DNA of 64,000 nt from Neoechinorhynchus agilis (lineage: Eukaryota > Animalia > Acanthocephala): assembly GCA_051530055.1 (NCBI GenBank), contig CM121343.1, positions 5,054,389 through 5,118,388 on the forward strand, given 5' to 3'. The stretch's first letter is position 1, and every line of letters begins with the position of its first letter. The position numbers were made by a program, and so were the translations under genes. Below, in pieces: positions 23,761 through 35,767 of the stretch. The notes under the pieces were generated by a model. The model had not been told where the DNA came from. It made no database searches and saw nothing but the letters and a program-made list of their open reading frames with translations.

Positions 23761-25603
23761 TGAAGTATAAAGCTTGCACAAAGAAGTGGGATCAATAAGC
23801 ACTTAAATTTTGTTTTTGATGGCAAATCAGAATGTCAACGCCCAAAAAGAGTTCATGTAGAAATGGAAGTTGAGCGATTTCGCCTAAAACGTAAGCGAAG
23901 AATGAGAAAATTTCTTTAATTCAATCAAAACAGGATACGCATTTTTCTAAAATGGGTTCGAGCAACGAACAAATACAGTAAGCATACTCTAAATATAGTA
24001 AAATCAACGACATTGTGCGTCACCTTTGTTGTTAAACCCTTAAAACTTCAAATTCACCGCATTTATGCGATAATGTAATAATTCATGTAAATGACTCGTT
24101 GGCAAAATCAGCATGTTGACTTCGAACCCCAATTCATCGATTTGACATATTGAAGCGCAACTACAAAACTATGGAAGTCCAGCTTTGTGTGTTTAATAAC
24201 TAAGCAGTAATTTGCCAAACAAAAAATCTCGTTGTTAAAAAAAGATGTAAGTTTCCTTTAAATTTTTGAGTTCACCTTGGTAATTTCAAGTGAGTAGCGT
24301 TCAGACGCGAATACAATAACTCGCTAATTAACCATTAAGTCCTAACTTGAAAATACAGTGTCCTTACGCACTTCAGAGTAAAGCTTACGTTTAAAAACAC
24401 TTCATGGGGATCTGAGTTATACAAAATAGATGCCATTACAAAAAGATGTTCTCGACTGGGTTTGTTAATTAACAAAGAAAAGGACCTATGTACCTTTTAG
24501 TCCTCATGAACACTCGAATTTGCAGAATATCGATTTCGGTATTTTAAGATTCGTGCAGAGATTTGAAGAATTCTTTTCTTAGGTAAGTTGACTGTGGGGC
24601 CGTCGGAGTTACGGATGCGATTTGCAAAATGGTATGTTAAGAAGTTCTTAAAAATTGCCCTTACCGAGGATGGTACAAAACATCAGTTGCTTTCTCTGGA
24701 GAGCTTACCTATCGATCCCCCCCATCTCAACGATTACCTTTATAAAAAATTTTAGCAAACAATCAAGACGTCTTCTAACCCTACCTCTACAATTTTTACC
24801 ACATTTTATTCCTCTTTTAACACGAACACAACATTTGCGATCCCAATTATTTTCGTCCTCCTTCACTTTCTTACCCAATATTCTCGGATATCATCACCCG
24901 AAATAAACCGGAGAGAAGACCCAACCTTACAAACTACCCTGCAATTAATAACCGTTAAAATTTCCACCCAAATCTACAGCCACGTTAATTTTTTCCTTTC
25001 AGAACTCAAGTGTTCATGATACCCCAAGGCAAAACGGATCCTATTCTTTGTACATTAATAATTAAAGCGTAATATTAAATTTATGAAGCATTAATATGAT
25101 GGTCAATTGGTTTTAACTCCATCAGATGAAGGAGTGGACAGTTTAAATTCACACGTCGAATGGGCTTACGCTGAGAAGTTATGGTAATTGATTACACAAT
25201 CCTCTTCAAGGATGCCCGTTTTCTACATTTTATAGTCTATCAAAGTTAAGACTGATTAAGTCTATTTGACGGATATCTTTTCTAGTCATTTTTACGCTTC
25301 CTTATTCTAAAAAAATAAAACCAAACTTGACGAAAAATCGATACTCGTTAATGGCGCAAAATTGCGCGAATTTATATAAACGTTTAGGTAGCAAAAAGTG
25401 CTGCGTTACTTTGTTCGGATAAAATTACGCTCGCCAGGATGGAGATTATTGCATCAATTCGGAATTTCCGTGTTTCGAAAAGTCGAAAACGCCGTTTGCC
25501 CGTATTGTGTCGCCTAATACAGGGTGCAGAAGGGTTCAGTTGGATTTAGCACTTAAGATTCCAAAAAAACCCAAGAATAAGCTCCTTGTTTCAGATAACA
25601 GAG

Positions 25604-26257
25604 ATGATGTTTCTCATTGCTGTGATTATTGTAGCGTCCACTTCTACAATACCATCAAGTAGATGTCAATTACGTGAATTACATGCTTACGAAGCTCCCT
25701 CTCTTCGGTTTTCGTTTGAACTACCTGAATATCCAATCGAGTTTAGGCATTATGGGCCGTCCATTTGGGCAACAGCACAAGGCAACGATTCATACAGTTA
25801 CGATATACTATTCAACTACATCACTGGTGGGAAGGAACCCGGGGCGGATTTCTTGATGACAACACCCGTCCTGTATGATTTCGGAAGAGATATCAGCATG
25901 TTCTACATTCCAAAAAGGCTTCTTGACGAAAACCTGCAGCCGATAAACATTACCGATAGTGGCTATGACATTAACGTGGAAAGGTGGGAAGGCAGAAGTT
26001 TTGCCATACTGAAATATAGCGGATTTGCGCTCGGTAGCGTAATTCAAGAAGCTACATTGGCACTGGAAAAAATTCTAGACGAGAATTTCTCTAATTTCCT
26101 GACATATAAAAAAGGTACACAAATCAGTGCCGAATTTACGGATCCTCGCGAACAGCAACACCGCCTAAACGAAGTTTGGTTTCCTGTGGGCTTCGTGGAC
26201 AAGAATGCGGCGTGTGCCACATTCGCTCGGCTACAAGCCAAGTACTTGAAATGCTAA
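25604..26257 (+). CDS. SOUL heme-binding family protein with N-terminal signal peptide
   Basis: Hydrophobic MMFLIAVIIVASTS, then IEFRHYGPSIWA, LFNYITG...MTTPV, MFYIP and RLNEVWF. No introns. Confidence 0.85.
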   Translation: MMFLIAVIIVASTSTIPSSRCQLRELHAYEAPSLRFSFELPEYPIEFRHYGPSIWATAQGNDSYSYDILFNYITGGKEPGADFLMTTPVLYDFGRDISMFYIPKRLLDENLQPINITDSGYDINVERWEGRSFAILKYSGFALGSVIQEATLALEKILDENFSNFLTYKKGTQISAEFTDPREQQHRLNEVWFPVGFVDKNAACATFARLQAKYLKC

Positions 26258-26669
26258 CCATTTTAAAAGTTCACTTAATAAAGCCATAACTTGGTATGCA
26301 GTAATTTGTACAACACTTTTAAGAAAAAGCAAAAATCACTTAACCAATAAAAAAAAGCCTTCGATGTGTCACGTACGTTAAGGAAAAGAATCCGAACGTA
26401 CAAAACCGGGTGCATAAGTGACACCGACTTGGCATTCTTCGTGTTGGATTCTATAACATCGATTGATATCAATTAAAAATTTCTTTAATACAATTTGAAA
26501 TGTCAAAGAACAGGGAAAGATGTAGAGGTTATGGAGACGGGTTTATATGTATGAATTCAAAATAATCAGGGTGACATATTGAAACACAAATTTCCTTTCT
26601 TCGGCTTATTTTTTCCCTTTTTAGGCATACAGCTGAACCCATCTCTTATATACAAGAGAAGTGAGTGAA

Positions 26670-27115
26670 TCACTTCGACTCTGATGCATACGGTTAAGAG
26701 TGTACATTCCTCCGGATCCTGGACTTATCAGTGAGTCTCCGCTTCCCTCCAGAGATATTTCTTCCCCTTTGGTCGTAAGTTATCGATGATCGTGGATTTA
26801 GACCCTTTGACCCAGAAACAGGGATTTAGGGCTCAGGTCCACTTTATTTATTGCACAGCCTCACACATTAATGCCTTACGACATGTCCTTCGGGATCCTT
26901 TTTCCGTTCTTTGGGAGCCTCTTGGCTTACTCACACACTTCGGAGGCGCTCAGCCACACTCGAACGACCGGCGCCTATGGGCGATCTAAAACCTGATCCC
27001 TACCCTTCCAACAGCCTCGCAACCCGTATACGGACAGCGACCAGTGGACTTGAACCATCGACATATCGAGCGCATTTTGAACGCGCTTATACCGCTGGGC
27101 CACTGAGCCCCTTGG
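26670..27115 (-). mobile_element. Longest copy (~450 bp) of the tRNA-derived SINE
   Basis: Head has an A box TGGCCCAGCGG and a B box GGTTCAAGTCC, but the acceptor and T stems are broken. The 3' region matches the other family copies. Confidence 0.75.
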
Positions 27116-27189
27116 TCCACTTGACCACCACGACACAACAATGGAATGTACAAACTCGGACAGTTTTATACCTAGCGTAAGTGTTACAT

Positions 27190-27470
27190 TCTTTAATGTT
27201 TACTGGTAAGCCGGTTCTATTGATTCATTGTTTTTTAGAACATCACTTCATCGGCTTATTTTTTTCCTTTTTAGGCATACAATCAAATCCATCTCTTATA
27301 TACCAGAGAAGTGATTGAATCAAAGTGACACTTCTCTAAGGTAATAGATCGGTTTGGCTGTATGTTAAAAAAGGAAAAAATAAGCCAAGTGAGGGATGTT
27401 CTAAAAAAAACGCTGAATCAATAGAACCAGCATGCCAGTAAACATTTAAAAAAATACCTACATCACGAAT
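27190..27470. repeat. Foldback (MITE-like) element; part of its arm is duplicated at 26601-26670
   Basis: tttactggtaagccggttctattgattca...ggcttattttttcc is reverse-complemented at 27360-27450. Confidence 0.75.
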
Positions 27471-27731
27471 CAAGTTATTTCTCATTGAGGCTCAAATCCG
27501 ACGAATTTCTGCTATAGTTTATAAAACTAAGATAATTGGACAGAAGCAGCATAATTCCTTTTCTTAGCATGGAAATTTCTTAAAATCCTATAGGCTTTTT
27601 TACTGCAAATCACGAACATAGTTTACCTTCCGTTGCTATTGGAATTTCTGTTTTGGCATTTAAGCATCCGCGTTCATGGAAATATTTTGCCATACAGAGA
27701 TATCGATCCACATTAATCGCAATAACTTGTT

Positions 27732-30371
27732 TTATAATATAGCATACGATCTATATACAACTTCACGAATGGTAAAATAGATATCGGATAATGGTCCTTC
27801 CATAACAATCCTGCCAGCATCCAGTTTTCTGAGAGCAACACGATCATTGCAAAGAAGAACACCGCCGTAAAATTCAGCTTTCATTCCCATTGCCCTCAAA
27901 ACGGTCTTAAGATCGCTTAGTCGCGGTTCTTTGACAAATATTGCCATCCTCTTTCTTCCAATGTCTTGTCGTCCCTTAATGGGTACCAGTTGATATTCAT
28001 TACTAGGTGCTGGACACATGAGCATTTGTTGTTGCTTAGAATCAGGCACTAAATTCTGAATGGCTTCAGTGTCGTCACATGACTTACGAGTTAGATCACC
28101 GGAAATCCATGCAAGGTATTCAGTTGTGGACTCCTCCCCACCACCAACACGACCCGCTTTTTTCAGTCTCAACGCAGCCATGAGACGCGCGTTCAACGTC
28201 AACTGGAACATGTTCCGTTGCTGTGTAAAGTCGACCAACTCGCCGACGTCCGGTGTGAATACTTTGTTTTCTGGAAACGTTTCCGAAAAAAATTTAGCCA
28301 ATTCGTCCGTTGACTCAGTGGAGCTGTGGACAATGCACAGGTTGCGAGGCCGAAGTTCGCGGACCAGTCTTTTCACAATTTCGTCATTTGAAACAGCCTC
28401 GAAATCTATATAAACTATACGGGATTGAATCTCCAGACTGACCGACTGAACGATTTGTCTTCCAGGAATCGATGTTATATCTGAACAACGACCCATTCCT
28501 CTCGATCTTTTCGATGGATGCGTCGGTGAGAATTCGTCTATACAAAAAATTGCCATCAAAGTAAACCGAATCAGTTCAATAAAAAAGAAAGTGGATGAAC
28601 GATGAGGAAATTGATTCGAAGATTCCTGATATTTAGAATATAACAACAAAATTAGATAGGACTCCTTGAAACTATACCCATCGCGATTCAAGTTAATGGC
28701 AACTAATCGTCTAAGCTTTCATCATGAGCAATGTTTTCGACATAATCGTTAGGAACAACCGCACCGTATTCATCGAAATATTCTTTTTCACATCGATCGT
28801 GAAAAACCGACTGCTGCTGAATATCACACCGAAACTCAAATTCATTGCTCAGTGAATATCTTTCCGGTGCAATATCTTTTGGACGTTCCATTATAACATC
28901 ATCGTCAGACAAATCGTCCGGAAAATCAGCCGGGTCCGGCGCGCCAAGCTCCGTTTTCATTGCTTCCATGAAGTTTTCCTTAGTGCCTTTGGCTCGATTT
29001 GGGGGCCGACGAGCTTTGAGGGCCTCCAGCAATTCCTCACCTTCAAGTGGCACCCGTCGTTCCATATCGAGCTTCATGGGTGGAAAGCTTTGTCTGCCCT
29101 GGATATGACTCGGGTCGGTCAGAAAATGTGCAAGAGTGTGTGGATCACCTCGTTCTGTTAATATTATGGTATTTTTGCTTGATCTCGACATTTCGAAAAA
29201 AAGCTGGCGTGAGAATCCGCCTTCTAAATCTGCTCCGGGAGCAATAATTACACGTGGTGAGGGAATCCGCGATAGGTCATCAAGGCTATGGCATAAGACG
29301 ACGATTCTCTTCTTGACTTTAAGTATTAAATTAAAAATAACGCAAAGCACTGCAGTCAAATTAAAAAAGAATTGTCGCCAATATGTGAATATGTCGAAGC
29401 AAAAACGGATTTTGTCTTTTACTTTCGAACCTTTGACTAAGCCCTTCAGTCATCCATTCAACCATAGACTTAGCGAAATCGACTGTGTTGTAGGCACAGT
29501 GTGACAGAAAAACAAGTGGGAAATTGCGCAATTTCTTTTTATCTGAGTTCCATGCTTGATTTAAGACGAACATTATTTCAAGAACTCTACCTGCAGTATC
29601 CGAGCAAATGAGTACGTCGCCTGCATCAGCAGCAAGTCTGCTGACAGTGTCGCTAATTGTAGATATAAGTGCTTCATCTCTAGCTTTGCGTCTTTGTGCC
29701 ATTTCAGGTCCATGTCCATCCGTTATTAAAAGCGTAGGTCTGATGTGAATGCCGGTGGCAACACTGGGAGCAACGATCGATTGAAGCCAATTAAGTCCGC
29801 TAAGGTGGTGTTCTTCTCTGTGATCATAATCTACTGCGTAAATAATATGCTCATCAGGTTCCATTCCACCATAATTACCTACAAAAATTCTCCACGCAGT
29901 TCCACCTATCATATGACCTGCCTTAACTGGTGATGCACTCACCGATCCAACGATTTTGATAGTTTGGCTATATTTTAGTAGGCACATTTTCCTAAAGCAA
30001 TAGTCAATATCATCAAGCGATATGATATCATCATCGATACCCGAATGGAATCGATTCATCCAAATCTCATACATGAACATCAAACCCATATTGTGAATTG
30101 GAGTCGTCGCGTAGACGGGACACTCAAGGCCGCATTTACCCACCAAGAAAGGTAAGGCGCCTAGATGGTATACGTCCGGATAAGATATCAAAATAGCATC
30201 GATGAAACGAGCATGTTTCTTGTATGTCTCAGCCATAGCCGGAGATAGATTACTGTCCCATCCACAATCTAACATAATCCTGTGATCGTCCAACTGCAAA
30301 ATGTAACTCACAGCACGCGATGAATCACGGGCACTATGTAGCACATGTAACTTTACGATTGTAGTGGACAT
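27732..30371 (-). CDS. CPSF2: Cleavage and polyadenylation specificity factor subunit 2 (CPSF100), interrupted twice by non-GT-AG segments
   Basis: IMLDCGWD, IDAILISYPDVYHLGALP, AGHMIGGTAW, YAVDYDH, DFAKSMVEWM, DLEGGFSRQLF, IVYIDFEA and YFTIREVVY across three ORFs, joined in frame by removing 29294-29381 and 28539-28711. Confidence 0.96.
28539..28711 (-). other. Non-canonical TA-bounded hairpin intervening sequence (173 nt), CPSF2 site 2
   Basis: AGCTTA|GACGATTAGTTGCCATTAA...TTGATGGCAATTTTTTGTATA|GACGAA. A 7-bp direct repeat TAGACGA and inverted termini; removal joins ESL-DEF in frame. Confidence 0.65.
29294..29381 (-). other. Non-canonical TA-bounded hairpin intervening sequence (88 nt), CPSF2 site 1
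   Basis: CACATA|TTGGCGACAATTC...GAATCGTCGTCTTA|TGCCAT. No GT lies between the conserved NPF and the in-frame TAA; removal gives RHIHICHSLDD. Confidence 0.8.
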
Positions 30372-31183
30372 CTACAATAAATGTTATCAAAAACTATAAA
30401 TTATATTCACATCAACTATCAATCATTCTTAAGTCTTTAAATTAAAGAAGAAATTTAAAACTTCCTGCAATTGAGCATTAACCAAACTATCATGTCCCAA
30501 AAGGAAACTTTCAAAATCGTTGAAAAATCATATTGTGTGAACTACACAAATTTCAACGTTTCGTATTTCAAAACTAAAATGTAAAAACAGTCGAGGACCG
30601 ACGGAAATTATACGAAAAACGCATCAAATTTCTATTGAACTGGGATCAAGATAATGAAATTAGCACATTAGACAAATGAACCGATTTTATAAGGAAAGAA
30701 AGTGTTGTCTGGTCCCCGGAGTATTTAATTCTCTCAAAGTACCACTCCTGTTTATGAACACTGCAGAATTTATCCATAAAGAATCTTTGTTTTTTAATTG
30801 TGCTGCATTTAAGCAGCCAAATTCATGTGATTTCTTTTCACAAACGGATTCAAAACTTTCGAATCTCCTTGAAGCTGGATTACAATGCACTCAGAGTGCA
30901 ACACATATGAAAACCTAAAACGCAGTTGGGATGCTTCCTAAAGTTCAGATTCGATTCCCATTGAAAACTAAGTAGAATACACTAGGCGATCTAAACTTAT
31001 GAAAAAGAAATTCTTTTAATGATCATTAAAATATTCGTAATATAAACAAAATTATTCTCAGGTTATTACCGCTAAAAATAAGATGATCTAAAATGAAAAA
31101 AATTTTCATACAAACTCACATTATGCCGCCCACTCGGGTTCTTGATAAGCACAATATTCGTAATTTAATCGACAGTATCGCCA

Positions 31184-32563
31184 TTAGACGAAATCACCAA
31201 TATTCAAAGGCATTTCGTCGATTTGCGTACTATAATACTGCTCAATGTCTCTAATGATAAGTACATCGTCTCTCCTGGCAAAATTAATAGCAACGCCTTT
31301 CCTGCCGAATCGTCCACTACGTCCAATACGGTGAATGTAGGTTTCACGAGTGAGTGGCAAATCGTAATTGATCACCAGTGAAACTGTTGGAATATCGATT
31401 CCTCTCGACCAAACATCAGTCGTGATTAAAACACGGTGCTGATAAGCTCTAAATTCCCTCATTATCCTATCCCGATCAACTTGTTCCATATCGCCATGCA
31501 TTGAGCAAACCGTGAAATTAGCTTCTCGCATTTTTTCTACTAACCAACACACTTTTCGCTTAGTATTGCAGAAAATTACTGCCTGAGTAACCGTCAATGT
31601 ATCATAAATATCACATACAGTGAAAATTCTGGAATAAAGGCAGAAAAAATTACATCTTTGATATCTCGGTTTAAGGGTTGCTTAAAGACTACTATGTCGT
31701 AAAAAGTTAACAATTTGAATAGCAATGCCAACAGAATTCTCATTTCGTCATAAAGTATCGAATTTCCACTCCTCTTTTTCGACAGCAACGAAAAATTGCT
31801 TAATACCATCCAATGTCAACTCATCTCGCTTCACAATGATTCGGATTGGATCCGTCATAAATTTGTTGGTCATTTCTAGGATCTCATGAGGAAGCGTTGC
31901 ACTAATGAGGACAACCTGAGTCGCCGGTGGCAAATGTCTATAAACCTCGTAAATTTGATCTTTGAATCCCCTACTCAGCATTTCATCAGCTTCGTCGAGT
32001 ACCAACGTCTTTATCAATCTCGTTCGAAGGTTTTTTCTCTTTATCATATCGATCACCCGACCGGGAGTTCCACTGACGACATGTTGGCCATAATCGAGCT
32101 TCTTTATATCTTCACCAATACTAGTACCACCAATGCACGAGTGACATTGAACGCTCAAATAGTCACCGAGAGCCAGGACTACGCGTTGGATTTGTTGAGC
32201 CAATTCACGAGTAGGTGACAGAATTAGAGCTTGAGTATCTCTTTTAGCTATGTCCAAATTTTGAAGGATGGCTATCGCAAACGCGGCAGTCTTTCCCGTG
32301 CCTGACTGAGATTGAGCAATGACGTCACGACCATTAATGATCGGCACTATCGCACGCTGTTGAATCGCAGACGGAGTGGTGAACGAAAACGCATAAATGC
32401 CACGAAGGATATCTTCGCGCAAATCGAGCAAACCAAAAGACGGGTAAACCTTCACCTCCTCACTCGTATTGAATTCCTGCATCTCCTCCGGCCGCTTAGC
32501 ACGAACTTTACGCCCCTCGGCATCGTGCGGACTCTTGTTTCGACGCTTATGGCCCCCAAGCAT
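31184..32563 (-). CDS. EIF4A3: Exon junction complex DEAD-box helicase eIF4A-III
   Basis: [49 protein letters not shown] and [18 protein letters not shown], with one 135-nt interruption inside KFDTLCD. Confidence 0.98.
31616..31750 (-). other. Non-canonical TA-bounded hairpin intervening sequence (135 nt) in eIF4A3
   Basis: ACTTTA|TGACGAAATGAGAATTCTG...CAGAATTTTCACTGTA|TGTGAT. TATG direct repeat; none of the five equivalent registers is GT-AG, GC-AG or AT-AC. Confidence 0.85.
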
Positions 32564-32989
32564 TACTCAATAACAGCAAAGGGTAAAATACGGCTTCTCA
32601 TAAGTAGATTCTTCCGTGTAGTGACGTCACTTAACCCGGTCTCAATATCCGGTGGAAAAAGCAATTCGTTAAAATTCAAAATATCATTTTTTTGTAGTAG
32701 GCTTTTTAAGTGTTTCAAATGGGTTGTTGTAAACACGATGCTCTGCAGTGTTTTAGACATATAGGCATTTTATTCACTTCTATTCCAATTTTTTATCGTG
32801 ATGAATTTGTCGATATGGACATTCAATTTATCCAATACGCTTGACCTCTTGAAAAACTTCCTCCAAAATTCGTTCAGGTAGCAATTCAACATTGAAGCGG
32901 ACTGTCAAGGACTTTCTTTGTCTACGCAACCCTGATCACTTCCCAAATTTGTCCTCTTATGAACTGAAACACATTCTAGACTCCATCAA

Positions 32990-33990
32990 TGATAACTTAT
33001 GCCCCTACTCAAATTGAAACCATTGCCCCACATTGGACTCCACATAAACTATCACTCCCACAACCGACACTTCTGTAAACTCTCCAATAGTCCCCATGAT
33101 TTCGTCATACGAAGTCTTACAGCATTTCAAGAAATTACCTCGAAATTCGTCCTCCCAATCCGAAATCCTAAACTGAGCTCTTCGCTGAACCATCCCCGAA
33201 TTCATACAACCTCTTGCCTTCATCATAAATCACAGCTTTTTATATGGCATCTTATCCTCATGCCTAAAAACTGCTAAAGTGATCGTCCTTCCGAAAAATC
33301 AACATCCGATTTCCACCGAATCATTCCGTTCAATATCCATTTTATTCGCCATTTCAAAAATTATCGAAAATTGTATTAAAACTCTCCTTCCAAACAATTA
33401 TCGCCCCTTCAAGTCGGCTTCCGGCCCAAATTTTCTGCAACGGATGCCCTACTTTGGATTTGCGGAACGATCCTACGCAACCTGGACAATAATTCCTCTC
33501 GCGTCAGCCGTCTCATTCAGCTAGACTTATCGAAGGCATTCCTCCATGCCTGTTGCGATTTTGGTCTCAACTTGTGGCAGATCCGCTGGCCAGCCTCTTA
33601 TCTTCACAATCGAAAACAATACATTCACTGCCGTTCTACCTCCTCTATGAGCCTATCCCTTACCAAAGGCATACCTCAAGGTGCTGTGCTGTCACCACTT
33701 CTTTTTAATATTTTCATAAACGACCTCAAACCCCTCTCACTCTAAACTTTTCTTATATGCAGAGGATTTCATCAATTCACCACCCGACCTCTCCTTAACC
33801 TCTGACGAAATCACACAGATGAAAAATTTCTGCTTCAATCACGAACTCTACCCTAATTTCTCTAAATGCTTCGAAATGATCCCCTCTCTCCCGCAACCCC
33901 ACATTCTACCCCGATCTTCCAAATGACATCCAACAAGTCATCTCCTTCCGAATTCTGGGTCTCCAATTTCAATTAAATCTGAAATGAAAC
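32990..33990 (+). pseudogene. Degenerate LINE reverse transcriptase
   Basis: VLPK...FRSISILFAISKIIE, LDLSKAF and KGIPQGAVLSPLLFNIFINDL, broken by frameshifts. Confidence 0.85.
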
Positions 33991-35767
33991 TCACACATTA
34001 CAATTACTGGATACATCACATTTGGTTTTTCGGTTATCCGAAAAGCTCGTAACCGAATGGTTTCCTGTCTAAATTAATTCGAATAAACGACGTTCTATTG
34101 TATTATCAACAATAAAGCTAACAGTATGTAATTCTTCTCCAATTTTTCTTTTGTTTAAGCCACTTTCCCCCGCATGTAAAAAACTTTTGATATCTGTACT
34201 CTAGCCTTAAAAACTGGATAAATCACATTGGGTTTTCGGTTATCCGAAAAAGCTAGTATCCAAATGGTTTCCTGTCTAAATTAATTCGGATAAACGACGT
34301 TCTGCTGTAATTGCTTGGCCACAAAATTGACTTTCAATATCCAAAGTTTTTTGTATGTTCTCTTACGATTGGGGTCAGATCTTACCGATCCCGGAATTCC
34401 TTATAGTTGTTATTTGATACTGAAGCGATAAATCAGTAATATAATCCACCACGATTTTTAACAGTGCACGCGCAGCTTTCCCTTTTTTATTACTCCAGAA
34501 CCATTGAGAATGTCACGCTCTGCATTCATGCCTTCCAACGTCAGTTGGACCCATCCAAAATGTTTCTTAATTTCGTAGTTTTTGCTCTGGTTATTCTTAG
34601 TAAAGATGGAATCACCGAATGCTGACAAGCACGCACCTTGTAATGTTTTAATTTAGGTTCTAGAACAAACGTCTTTTACATTGCTTGAATTTCGAAAATA
34701 AAGCTAACCAGCGCATCGTACTGTATATAACTCAAAATCATGGTAGAATACTTTGAATAAATTGGACTATAATCATGCGAATGGCTGTTTCATCGCACAG
34801 AATAGAAAAATGAGTTTTTCGAATCGATATTTGTGTTTTCCACAAATTTTTGACCATAACAATGATGAGCAAATCTGCACAGCTCGCTTGCCTATTTGAA
34901 ATTCGTGATGACTAATTTTATGAATTTTAATTGTATGAGCTTGCAAAAAAGTGATTTTAAATAAATTTTCAAATATTGAAGACCTTTTTCTATGCTACGT
35001 TGATGAAGAAAGTTTTCATTAGTCCATACGCGTGATTACATTCGCTAAAAGTTCTAATCCAGCAAGCGCTAACTGTGAGGCATTTTAGGCATCGGTCTGA
35101 TAATAACCTTAAAAATAAATTACTTTATGCGTTTTTCTAAATTTATTTAATTATTTGGCGTTGTTCAGATATAATGTACGGTGTAATTGCTTATTTCAGT
35201 TTTTGATGGCAGATGTTAAGTAAAGATTGATTCGTTGACACCAGCGATAATGATTCTATTGCTTTTGGTGAAGATGGATGAGAGAAATTGAACTGGATGA
35301 TTTATTTTGTCAGACTTATGCAATAAGTAATAACATTATGGGTTAGAATAAATATTGGCATCTTCTGTTCCACTCAACTTGCTTATTAAAATCAAAGCAT
35401 TCGCACTGTTTTATCAGCATTTCCCTTTTTTCTTTGTAACTCGCGAATCGCTTCACACAACAATAAGCGATTTCTGTGCTTAAATAGATCGTCATTGAAT
35501 CATTAAGTTGACTGATGTATCCACTCAATTATAATACGAGGATCACATTTGCTTGTGAATGTTAACCCCGCACATGTTACCACTTTCATATAATTTGATT
35601 TATGATTGAAGACCTGAAATATTTACGATACGCAATATGTGGCCACTTTTACGATCTTTTTGATGCCTTCTAAGGTGTCAGGTATATATATATATTGAAC
35701 GAAACCCATTCGATCATACTCCAAACACATTAGTTTGCAGTTTGATTAAGCAAACGTCTAAAACGAT

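Noticed and set aside
27035-27115. tRNA-Leu(CAA)-like gene on the minus strand
   Set aside because: The A and B boxes and anticodon arm are present, but the acceptor and T stems have several mismatches and the sequence continues into a repeat body. Treated as a SINE head.
28539-29381. Micro-inversions as the explanation for the CPSF2 breaks
   Set aside because: Flipping the segments between the inverted repeats does not restore a frame or a length matching orthologues; deleting them does.
29294-31750. U12-type (AT-AC or AT-AG) introns at the CPSF2 and eIF4A3 breaks
   Set aside because: No ATATCCTT/GTATCCTT 5' consensus and no convincing TCCTTAAC branch point; the registers that restore the proteins do not end in AC or AG.
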